This document shows, piece by piece, positions 10,601 to 17,836 of a stretch of 64,000 nt of DNA. The notes beneath the pieces were generated by a model. It saw nothing but the letters and a program-made list of their open reading frames with translations. It was not told the origin of the DNA and did no database searches. Made by a program: the position numbers and the translations under genes. The DNA comes from Bacteroidaceae bacterium. Lineage in GTDB: Bacteria > Bacteroidota > Bacteroidia > Bacteroidales > Bacteroidaceae. The stretch covers positions 3,818 to 67,817 of the forward strand of contig JAZQZZ010000039.1 of the NCBI GenBank assembly GCA_045634305.1, given 5' to 3'. How positions within the stretch are numbered: the stretch's first letter is position 1; each line of letters starts with the position of its first letter.

Positions 10601-11474
10601 CTTGTGGGCTAACGGTATCGGTGAAACACTTTCTGCACTTGGTCTTGTTGTAGGTAAAGACCCAGGTTGCATCAGCGGCGACATCGCTGCTCTTGAGGCT
10701 GCAGTTGACGCAGTTGAGGCTGTGGTTGCCGAGGAGAACAAGGAAGGTGCACAGGCAGCCGTTGAGGCATTCGTTGCAAGCGTAGGTTTGGCACAGGATG
10801 CTGAGCGCGTTGAGGTAATGGACGGATACTACTATGCTATTGAGAGCGCATACAGCGAGTACTTCAAGCAGCAGGGTAAGATCAAGGCTATCTATGCCGA
10901 TGCAAACGGTCTCTCATGGATGAACGCTCCTGCAGCTTACCACCGTACAGAAACACCTGAGTTCGTATTCCAGTTCCAGCAGTACGATGGCGAGAACGAC
11001 CCTGACGGTCACGGTATCCCAGAGGCTGAGGTTAACAATGTATACAAGATTTACAGCGAGACTGTAGAGATGTATGCCGGCACAGGTGGCGGTGCAACAC
11101 AGGTTGCAATGGCCGACGACTTCGGCGCTGCTATTTACGTTGTTAAACCAATTGAGGCTAACATCTACACAATCTACGCTATCGGTTCAGATCCTCTCCA
11201 CACTGCAGGTCACGGTAGCGGTGCAGGTGCAAGCGGTACAATCGTTAACTGGACCGGTGGTGCAGGTACAGCATCTTCATGGACACTCCGTTTCGTAGAC
11301 GACGCTGAGGGTACATCAATCAACGACCTCGTTGTTGAGGGTGCTGAGGTTGTATCAGTAGCTTACTACACACCTGCAGGTGCTGCAATTCCTGCTCCTG
11401 TAAACGGTGTAAACATCGTGGTTACAGTTTACAGCAACGGTGTAATCGAGACCAAAAAGGTACTTGTCAAGTAA
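7680..11474 (+). CDS. Large secreted protein with two discoidin/F5-8-type-C-like modules, T9SS cargo
   Basis: 1264-aa ORF with a signal peptide (MRKNLFLTLALAFASFVGANA). Two carbohydrate-binding-module-like signatures: LNDGNWNNYWHSCW and LFDDDTSTYYHSIWGNG. The C-terminus VNIVVTVYSNGVIETKKVLVK is T9SS-CTD-like. Confidence 0.65.
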   Translation: MRKNLFLTLALAFASFVGANAQDWSLSIGAGDGLPGENVKKGTTTVQVYKSDVITPSEPLKTLRFTVAQNYNGEAPNGNNFVTALSELVVYAADGETVIPYTATSNADHNTLSGGADGAGLPALNDGNWNNYWHSCWSATGAQANYHHLELTFETEVSEFVLEWGARPGNPKNAPMLVGLTKGGVDYVPYSDWAFTVGSPITSMDALENAQYFVMKSNVPVEYHTYVNNHNSTEGAFGTQTTKEPNVGPGPLYVAPGVQADAAAPSYAIQLIPTDGGYYLYYVAEGKFLSANPSDNAYNGANGGQGKTGKMSDAAVVTITETANGRFEMSYMMEYEGEEIEIHVGATPSTGGFKNVDKARYDFYKEGHPYCLNYAYILAFDWTLEEVTMNYPVKYASIPVRNAVKEAKSIYTFMDSVAVEGYESAYDEFMIVLEECEKSLANGAYTDIAKVFADVETLNYAMGAYVYSKIEWYNDVYFWELEEQYSDLCTPSTNPQDGMYTTEAYDTYIQANLINAVSELYNLASEDPYAYISQMKTFINGVQGNIDAFLASKITFVTLPKVYTAEDPHNVPLGALVNNNRYDWEQLVVLEEGKSVDGIRLTFLETNVGSAASDGKYKGYPMLAISGLEILDADGNKLALSAANISTNSLETTEGSIDYLFDDDTSTYYHSIWGNGTFDPLGYVYLDVKFPEGQALSTFTIKTIGRENKSLAPGTVCVTKYGEEYDPAIFRENPYNVNGGTQITDASQLKDGGIYIISGNLRVKTQEAAPRYYAGVAPYHTNIQAALNDPCVYMFKKTENGWNIISLANAQYWALNKEVHENTDEETNETTTSTSWSTGLTVYPSNAAEVNFVKSGNLENTFAIYSEIGDNEINASFSWTNPNDETDVIEVAEGKVNANKFVFMDWDGNLAGRPCVSAIPGEFTYGLDAISAHAKAQEIIDGDGYSAGDYLHFNKSNGEGEWNIYEVTMDDAYYLWANGIGETLSALGLVVGKDPGCISGDIAALEAAVDAVEAVVAEENKEGAQAAVEAFVASVGLAQDAERVEVMDGYYYAIESAYSEYFKQQGKIKAIYADANGLSWMNAPAAYHRTETPEFVFQFQQYDGENDPDGHGIPEAEVNNVYKIYSETVEMYAGTGGGATQVAMADDFGAAIYVVKPIEANIYTIYAIGSDPLHTAGHGSGAGASGTIVNWTGGAGTASSWTLRFVDDAEGTSINDLVVEGAEVVSVAYYTPAGAAIPAPVNGVNIVVTVYSNGVIETKKVLVK

Positions 11475-11500
11475 TTGAACAAGTAAATCCATAAAAGACA

Positions 11501-11530
11501 ATGGCGGCCGCAAGGTCGCCATTTCTTTTT
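11501..11530 (+). terminator. Rho-independent terminator of 7680..11474
   Basis: Hairpin atggcggc-cgcaag-gtcgccat followed by tttcttttt. Confidence 0.6.
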
Positions 11531-11706
11531 GCAATAAACAGTATTGGGGATAAATGCCCAAAAGGGCGGACCGCGAGAAACCACAACGTAGGACACGACG
11601 TGCCGTATCCGACCTCAAAGCGTGAATAAAACAAAACAATATTGCTCCTCTTGAGTAAGAGGAGCTGGCGCGGAGCGACTGAGGAGATTGTAAAATCACG
11701 GACACC

Positions 11707-11732
11707 GGGCGAACACACCGGTTCGCCCCTAC
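11707..11732 (-). repeat. REP-like 26-nt palindromic element
   Basis: gggcgaacacaccggttcgcccctac. Its reverse complement is identical to the copy at 12753..12778. Confidence 0.7.
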
Positions 11733-11887
11733 AGGGTTGTCGGGACGAATATAAGGATTCCTGCATTATTCATTGTACAAACAGTAGAGACGCGGCATGA
11801 CGTATCCGGTTGTACACGAAAACAAAGATGTATCGACTTCGCTCAACATGACAAAATGTCTTTAGATATAAACAAGAACACCCGCAC

Positions 11888-11913
11888 GTAGGGGCGGACC
11901 AATGTGTCCGCCC
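11888..11913 (+). repeat. REP-like 26-nt palindromic element
   Basis: gtaggggcggaccaatgtgtccgccc, the same GTAGGGG-stem-loop-stem-CCC layout. Confidence 0.65.
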
Positions 11914-11953
11914 GTTACAAACGGAAACATCGGGCTTTCTCAATTCCATATAA

Positions 11954-12000
11954 CAACACTCCCTGCGGTTGCCCCAAAATGGCAACCGCAGGGAGTGTTG
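11954..12000. terminator. 20-bp-stem hairpin just 3' of the minus-strand CDS 12018..12638
   Basis: caacactccctgcggttgcc-ccaaaat-ggcaaccgcagggagtgttg. Confidence 0.5.
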
Positions 12001-12017
12001 TATCAGCATAATAAAAG

Positions 12018-12638
12018 TTACTGTTTCGGCATTACAAAGCGGTAGAGATTACAACCTATGAAATTACCTGCAACAAGGCAAGGATAGAGCAACAGGATAT
12101 CCCAAATGTGTTCACCTGTATAAGAGAGCGGTGTTGCCATGTAATAGAATGCATCGGCCAGACAGTGTGGGAAGCCGCAGTTGATGAAGAGAGGTACACC
12201 AAAAAGCAGAACCAAAGGCTTTCCCTCACGTGCAAAGGTCACAACCGTAGTCATGATGAAGCCGCAACCGATAGCCAACAGACCGGCCTTTACAGGGCCG
12301 ATAGCCAAACGGCTCGCAAGAATAGCCTGCGCCGAGGCGCCAAGTTCCATTGGCGATAAGCGTGTAAAGAGCGCAACAAGCATACAACCCATGACATTAC
12401 CGAAGAGGATGAACAACAGTTCACCAATGGCCTTGAGCCAACGGCTGCTGCCATCCTCGGCACGCAGAGCCACAAAACCTGCCGTACCGGTATACAACTT
12501 GAGTTTATAATTAACCACAGTCAACAGACCGAAAGAGAAGAGCACTGCGCCTATAATATCCTTATAGGCCAAATATCCCCAGCCGGCAATGCCGACCGCC
12601 ACTCCTGCCAAAAGTGCAGAACGAAAAGTGTTGTTCAT
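12018..12638 (-). CDS. Formate/nitrite transporter (FNT) family channel, short form
   Basis: 206-aa polytopic ORF with FNT-like blocks FGLLTVVNYKLKLYTGT, LFGNVMGC, FINCGFPHCLADAFYY and LVAGNFIGCNLY. Confidence 0.55.
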   Translation of the reverse strand: MNNTFRSALLAGVAVGIAGWGYLAYKDIIGAVLFSFGLLTVVNYKLKLYTGTAGFVALRAEDGSSRWLKAIGELLFILFGNVMGCMLVALFTRLSPMELGASAQAILASRLAIGPVKAGLLAIGCGFIMTTVVTFAREGKPLVLLFGVPLFINCGFPHCLADAFYYMATPLSYTGEHIWDILLLYPCLVAGNFIGCNLYRFVMPKQ

Positions 12639-12688
12639 ATATTATAGTTTTTATTTATTTCTTTTTATTTGTCAGCTTTATTTTCCCT

Positions 12689-12714
12689 GGGCAGACACAT
12701 TGGCCTGCCCCTAC
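12689..12714 (-). repeat. REP-like 26-nt palindromic element
   Basis: gggcagacacattggcctgcccctac. Confidence 0.6.
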
Positions 12715-12752
12715 CGTAAACATTTTTTACGTGCGGCTTCAACACACGCGAT

Positions 12753-12778
12753 GTAGGGGCGAACCGGTGTGTTCGCCC
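12753..12778 (+). repeat. REP-like 26-nt palindromic element
   Basis: gtaggggcgaaccggtgtgttcgccc, identical to the reverse complement of 11707..11732. Confidence 0.7.
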
Positions 12779-12793
12779 AACACACGTACATAC

Positions 12794-15481
12794 TCACAGC
12801 AACCTTGCGCTGTCGGCAATCATTGTGCGTACTGTATCGTTGAAGGCACGTTCCTGCATGAGCTGCTCAAGTGGTATGTGCATGCGGTAATTCCAGCAAT
12901 GGTCGCGGTTCGAGGGCACGTTGATGCGCTCATCGTCATAGCTGTCGCGGCGCAGACGCTCGTCCATAGCCATCCAGTCCTGCCATGCAAAGAGGGCAAA
13001 GGCCGATGGTGAAGCGAGATGTTGCGCAAGAATTGCCCGTGCTATGCGGCCGTCCATCTCAAGCGGAGCCTTGCCATCGAAGCCGAGCACGCAGTTGTAG
13101 AACTGCTGCGAGAGAGCCTCGTCCTCGCGCCACCAGCCACGCAAGGTGCTCATGTCGTGTGTCGACGGGGTTGCAACGGAGAGATAAGGGTAACACTCGG
13201 GACGTGCGAAAGTCTCGCCGTAAAGTTTCGGCATGCGCTGAATCTCGAGCGATAGCACCTGCAGGTTCTTCATCACCCAGGGCACACAAGCCGGTATCAT
13301 TCCCAAATCCTCGCCACAGGCAGTCATAGGCGTTGAAAGCAACAGCGGGGTAAGCTTGCGCATTCCCTCACGGTACCAGAACATTGTATGGCGGTTGTAG
13401 AAATAATCCTCATATATATGGTCATATGCTATACGCTCAGCCTGCGAAAGCTGTGCATAGGCCTCGGTATCGCCACCAAGAATACGCGGCACGAACATGG
13501 CAGGGTCGCCAAGGTCGCGCATGAAGAGCACATTGCCATAGATGCGTTGCACTGCGTCCTTCATCGCCTGCGGGAGCTTTGGCGTGCGCTCATATATGTA
13601 ATAGGCCAACAGGTTGGCATTCTCCATTTCGGGTTTGAAACGATAAGTGCCGTCGGGTCGTGCATCAAGGAAGGCCTCTACAATCTGCTTTACCTTGCGG
13701 GGGAAGTGTTTCTTGAGCAAAGCGTCATCGATATATGGTGCTGTGTGGCGCGCCTCGTCAAAAGCAAGACCTGCTGCAGCAATCTCATCGACCGACAATG
13801 GACGGTTAGGAGAGAAACTGCCGGCAAGGCCACTCTTGGCTGTGCGTGGGATTTCCCATATGCGGAAGAATCCGAGTATGTGGTCAATGCGATACGCATC
13901 GAAGAAGCACGACATATACTGCAGACGGCGGCGCCACCATGCGTAACCGTCACCGGCCATAACCTGCCAGTTGTATGTGGGGAAGCCCCAGTTCTGTCCA
14001 TCGGCTGCAAACATATCGGGCGGTGCACCTGCCGAAACCGAGAGGTTGAACTGCTCGCTGTCACACCACACATCGACACCGTTTGGAGCCACGCCAATGG
14101 GGATATCGCCCTTTAGCGCGACACCACGGCTGTTGGCATAGTCATGTGCTTGGGACAACTGCATGAAGAGCAGATACTGCACATAGCAGTGGAAACGCAT
14201 CTCTTTTACAGCATCGGGGTATTCAGCAACTACACGTTCCTCTGTTGTGCTGTCATAGTGCGAATACTCGCCCCAATCCCAAATGTTGCTGTGCAGACGC
14301 GACGAGAGGAAACGGAAGAGCGCATAGGGCCTGAGCCACTGCTGCTGTGCATCCTCAAAAGCACGATAGCCTTCGCTTGCAAGAACATCGCTGCCGACTT
14401 CGTCGAAGAGTTCGCGCAGGTAGTTTATCTTCAAGCGGTATACTTTTGCATAATCCACCGCCGGCAAAGCATTGAGTGTCTCGCGCTCCTTTTGGTAGAA
14501 AGCATTGCGGCGCGGCTTTGAAAGCGCGGGCAGCTGTGACATATCGGCGTATATGGGGTTCAACGCAAATACAGAAACGCAGTTGTAGGGATAGGAGTCC
14601 TCGCTACCGCCACGTACCGTGGTATCATTGACAGGCAACAGCTGGAGAATGTTCTGTCCCGTAGCCACCAACCAGTCGGTCATGAGTTTGATATCACCGA
14701 AATCGCCTATACCCCAACCATGAGCCGAACGCAGAGAGAAGAGCGGCATCACAGTACCGGCAATGCGTAACGAGGGTGCATCGAACGACAGAGCGTCGAG
14801 CTGATAGAAATAGTTTGTGCTCTGCTCGAAATCGGGTAGCAGGATATGACGGTTGTCGCCCGCCTCCCAACGCACATTGCCAGCCTCATCGATTGCTATG
14901 AACTTGTAGTTGAGCGCACCGCTCCACAACGTTGCCACGTCAAAAGTGACACTCCAACGGTTGGGTACACGTTGCTGCATCGGCAGAGCGCGTGCAGGTT
15001 CCCAAGCTCCGAGCACATCGGCATCGCCCACAAGATGAAGGCGCTCGCCGTTGCGCAGACCGGTCACATAGACCGAGAATGTGACACTGCGGTTATACCA
15101 GTTTATTGAAGGCTCGTCGAGCCTTGTCTCGTTCTTGTCAAAGAAACGGAAGAGATTTGTGCGACCATAACAGCCTGCAGGCGAATCGAGCCACATGTCG
15201 TACACGATATAATTGCGGTTCACACAATTGAAGCGTAGCGTGTGGGGTGTCCCGGCCCATTCGGTACACAGGCTCTTACCATCAAGGCGCAGTTCATAGC
15301 CGTAATTGATGTCGGCATAACGGTCTTCAACCTCGAGCGAGCATTGCCACCACCCTTTCTGCACCTGGCGCAACGGGAGTGAACTATCCACAATGTTGCC
15401 GTTATCACTTAGCCTGTAGCAAAGATGCACCGTAGCATCATCGCTGATATCGTATCTTATATTGAATTCTATAAAATGCAT
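12794..15481 (-). CDS. malQ: 4-alpha-glucanotransferase (GH77 amylomaltase) with long N-terminal extension
   Basis: 895-aa ORF with GH77 blocks LKGDIPIGV, SAGAPPDMFAADGQNWGFPTYNW, YRIDHILGFFRIWEIP, CGEDLGMIP and TPSTHDMSTLRGWW. Confidence 0.85.
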   Translation of the reverse strand: MHFIEFNIRYDISDDATVHLCYRLSDNGNIVDSSLPLRQVQKGWWQCSLEVEDRYADINYGYELRLDGKSLCTEWAGTPHTLRFNCVNRNYIVYDMWLDSPAGCYGRTNLFRFFDKNETRLDEPSINWYNRSVTFSVYVTGLRNGERLHLVGDADVLGAWEPARALPMQQRVPNRWSVTFDVATLWSGALNYKFIAIDEAGNVRWEAGDNRHILLPDFEQSTNYFYQLDALSFDAPSLRIAGTVMPLFSLRSAHGWGIGDFGDIKLMTDWLVATGQNILQLLPVNDTTVRGGSEDSYPYNCVSVFALNPIYADMSQLPALSKPRRNAFYQKERETLNALPAVDYAKVYRLKINYLRELFDEVGSDVLASEGYRAFEDAQQQWLRPYALFRFLSSRLHSNIWDWGEYSHYDSTTEERVVAEYPDAVKEMRFHCYVQYLLFMQLSQAHDYANSRGVALKGDIPIGVAPNGVDVWCDSEQFNLSVSAGAPPDMFAADGQNWGFPTYNWQVMAGDGYAWWRRRLQYMSCFFDAYRIDHILGFFRIWEIPRTAKSGLAGSFSPNRPLSVDEIAAAGLAFDEARHTAPYIDDALLKKHFPRKVKQIVEAFLDARPDGTYRFKPEMENANLLAYYIYERTPKLPQAMKDAVQRIYGNVLFMRDLGDPAMFVPRILGGDTEAYAQLSQAERIAYDHIYEDYFYNRHTMFWYREGMRKLTPLLLSTPMTACGEDLGMIPACVPWVMKNLQVLSLEIQRMPKLYGETFARPECYPYLSVATPSTHDMSTLRGWWREDEALSQQFYNCVLGFDGKAPLEMDGRIARAILAQHLASPSAFALFAWQDWMAMDERLRRDSYDDERINVPSNRDHCWNYRMHIPLEQLMQERAFNDTVRTMIADSARLL

Positions 15482-15671
15482 TTGTACATTATTTATAAAT
15501 CATGCGAAAATACAAAAAAAAGCATGTACTTCAATGCAGATTTTGATTTAAAGCCAAAAAATGTCAAATTTTCTTTAGGGACTTTGCCATTTATAATAAA
15601 TGAAGTACTTTTGTGGAAATTTTATCTGTTTTTGTATTTTTTGCAAAACAAAACAGAGGTTCCGATTGTTT

Positions 15672-16823
15672 ATGTTACATAGTCTCCACTATTTCAGAAT
15701 AGCATTCCTGTTCATGCTGCTCACATTGACCACTGCAAATACAATGGCACAGAAGAGCGGCAAGAAGCCGTTCACAGTTGTCATTGACGCCGGTCATGGC
15801 GGTGTGGACCCGGGTGCATTGGGAAGGAAATCACAGGAGAAAAACATAAACTTCGCGGTGTCCAACAGACTGGGCGAAATGATAAAGAAGGCATACCCCG
15901 AGGTTAAGGTAATGTACACACGTACCACCGACGTAAAGATTCCCCTTGCACGACGTGCCGACATCGCAAACAAGGCAAATGCAAACCTTTTCATCTCGAT
16001 ACACTCCAATGCAAGTAAAAACAAGAGTGCCAACGGATGCCAGACATTTACACTGGGAGCAGGCTTAGACGCCGAGGCGAAGGCTGCAGCGATGTACGAG
16101 AATGAGGTAATCCTTACCGAGGAGAATTTCGAGGAGACATATAAAGGTTTCGACCCACGTTCAAGCGAGAGCTATATCATTTTCGAGCTCATGCGAAGCC
16201 ACGACATGGAGCTTAGCGTCAAACTGGCCGAGATGGTGCAGAAAGGCATGCTGGGCAACACCACACTAAACGACAGGGGTGTTTCGGCTGCCGGTTTCCT
16301 TGTACTGCATCGCACCGTGATGCCAAGCATTCTTGTTGAATTGGGATTCATCACCAACAGCAAGGACGAGAGCATAATTGCATCAAAGGAAGGACAGGAG
16401 AAACTTGCAAAAGGAATCTTCAATGGCTTTGCCGAGTATTATGAGCTTTATGGCAAGAGCAAGGAAGAGAAAGAGAGCAAGAATGCAGCCACAAAGCCGG
16501 AAAGTACCGGCAAAAGCAAGGAAACAAAAGCCGGAAACAATGTCAGGGAGAATGGTAAGCCTGTATTCAAGATACAGATTATGACCGCCGACAGCAAACT
16601 GCCAAACAACGATAAAAGGTTCAAGGGACTTGAGACCGGTTGTTACAAGGAAAACGGAGTTTATAAATACACACACGGCGAGAGTGAGGATTACAACGAA
16701 ATTCTGCGACTGAAAAAGCAGATATCGGCAAAGTTCGGGGATGCATTCATTGTAGCATTCCTTAATGGGGAGAAAATCAACACACGCCAAGCGATAGAAA
16801 TATTTAAAAGAGGAGCAAAATGA
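15672..16823 (+). CDS. N-acetylmuramoyl-L-alanine amidase with C-terminal SPOR-like domain
   Basis: Start chosen at the ATG at 15672 (MLHSLHYFRIAFLFMLLTLTTANTMA signal). Blocks VVIDAGHGGVDPGA and FISIHSNA. The tail KPVFKIQIMTADSKL...FIVAFLNGEKIN is SPOR-like. The track ORF begins at 15600. Confidence 0.8.
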   Translation: MLHSLHYFRIAFLFMLLTLTTANTMAQKSGKKPFTVVIDAGHGGVDPGALGRKSQEKNINFAVSNRLGEMIKKAYPEVKVMYTRTTDVKIPLARRADIANKANANLFISIHSNASKNKSANGCQTFTLGAGLDAEAKAAAMYENEVILTEENFEETYKGFDPRSSESYIIFELMRSHDMELSVKLAEMVQKGMLGNTTLNDRGVSAAGFLVLHRTVMPSILVELGFITNSKDESIIASKEGQEKLAKGIFNGFAEYYELYGKSKEEKESKNAATKPESTGKSKETKAGNNVRENGKPVFKIQIMTADSKLPNNDKRFKGLETGCYKENGVYKYTHGESEDYNEILRLKKQISAKFGDAFIVAFLNGEKINTRQAIEIFKRGAK

Positions 16824-17722
16824 GCAAGATGAAATTTTCTCGCGAACTGATAGTCGGTCTGCTGGGACTGGCAGCAATGTTCGTAATCTATTTTCTTATC
16901 AACTTTTTCAAGAGCATAGACATCTTTGACGATACCGACAAATATCGCATAGAGTTTACCAACATCGGCGAGTTGACAAACTCGGCACCTGTCTATGTAA
17001 ACGGTTGCAAGGTGGGCAATGTAAGTTCAATTGAGCACAACTTCAACGAGAGCAACCTTGTGTATCTCACCGTGAGCATTGACAAAGGGATGAAGCTGCC
17101 CGAGGGAACTTATGCACAGATACACAACAAGCTCATGGGCGGTAGCACCATTTGCCTTGTCCTTGGAAACGGCGAGGGTGTCGTGGAGCCGGGAACAACA
17201 CTCAAGGGAGAACTTGAGGCGGGTGCAATGGGTGAAGTGGGCAACATGATACCACAGATTGAGGCAATGCTGCCCAAAGTGGATTCAATGCTTACATCGT
17301 TGAACAATATTGTATCGAACCCGGCCATAAACAACACCTTGAACAACCTTGAGGCGCTGAGCGGACAGCTGAACGCCACATCGGTGCAGCTGAACAACCT
17401 TGTAAACAACGAGATACCCACAGCACTGGACAAGGTGATAAAGATTGAGGACGATTTATTGAAAGTTTCGTCACAGCTGAGCGAGGTGGACTACGGCACA
17501 ATGATTGCCACTCTCGAGACATCGCTCAACAACATACAGCAGATTACCACTGCACTAAACGAGGGTAACGGAACTGTGGGAATGTTGCTGAAGGACACTA
17601 CCCTCTACGGTAAACTCAACGAGACATGTGAGGCGGCAAATGCCCTGCTCGAGGATTTGAAAGAGAATCCAAAGAGATATGTACACTTCTCGCTATTCGG
17701 CAACAAGGAGGAGAAGAAGTAA
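16820..17722 (+). CDS. MCE/MlaD-family membrane protein
   Basis: 300-aa ORF overlapping the amidase stop by 4 nt. N-terminal TM (LIVGLLGLAAMFVIYFLINFF), an MCE-like block VYVNGCKVGNVSSIE, and a helical C-terminal half. Confidence 0.65.
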   Translation: MSKMKFSRELIVGLLGLAAMFVIYFLINFFKSIDIFDDTDKYRIEFTNIGELTNSAPVYVNGCKVGNVSSIEHNFNESNLVYLTVSIDKGMKLPEGTYAQIHNKLMGGSTICLVLGNGEGVVEPGTTLKGELEAGAMGEVGNMIPQIEAMLPKVDSMLTSLNNIVSNPAINNTLNNLEALSGQLNATSVQLNNLVNNEIPTALDKVIKIEDDLLKVSSQLSEVDYGTMIATLETSLNNIQQITTALNEGNGTVGMLLKDTTLYGKLNETCEAANALLEDLKENPKRYVHFSLFGNKEEKK

Positions 17723-17735
17723 AAAGAATCAATTA

Positions 17736-17788
17736 AGCTATATATAAAAACGACGATTGGGGCCCAATCGTCGTTTTTATATATAGCT
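17736..17788. terminator. 53-nt near-perfect palindrome, bidirectional terminator between convergent genes
   Basis: agctatatataaaaacgacgattggg-g-cccaatcgtcgtttttatatatagct. The arms are 26 nt, with A- and T-runs on either side. Confidence 0.65.
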
Positions 17789-17793
17789 GTCAC

Positions 17794-17835
17794 CTTTCAG
17801 TTTTCCGCTTTCAGTTTTCCGCTTTCAGTTTTCAC
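17794..17835. repeat. 3 x 14-bp tandem repeat (ctttcagttttccg) abutting a stop codon
   Basis: Units at 17794..17807, 17808..17821 and 17822..17835; the last ends ..cac. Related motifs lie at 32303..32344 and 60531..60568, each directly 3' of a minus-strand stop. Confidence 0.8.
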
Positions 17836-17836
17836 A

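Noticed and set aside
11355-12009. Three small minus-strand ORFs (116, 99 and 79 aa) between the discoidin gene and the FNT gene.
   Set aside because: The region is built from REP-like palindromes and dispersed repeats. The ORFs run through hairpins and have Arg/Cys/Ser-rich junk translations.
15600-15671. N-terminal extensions offered by the ORF track for the amidase (15600). The same applies to the GHL10-like gene (19636), nifJ (19598), GH92 (29031), operon gene 1 (43575) and the ZapB-like gene (53842).
   Set aside because: Internal ATGs give canonical signal peptides or the conserved N-termini of the families. The extensions are Phe/Cys/Ile-rich translations of AT-rich promoter DNA.
17794-17835. 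Possible CRISPR array, because of the short tandem repeats.
   Set aside because: The repeats are 14 bp, directly adjacent with no spacers, and only three units long. There are no cas genes in the window.
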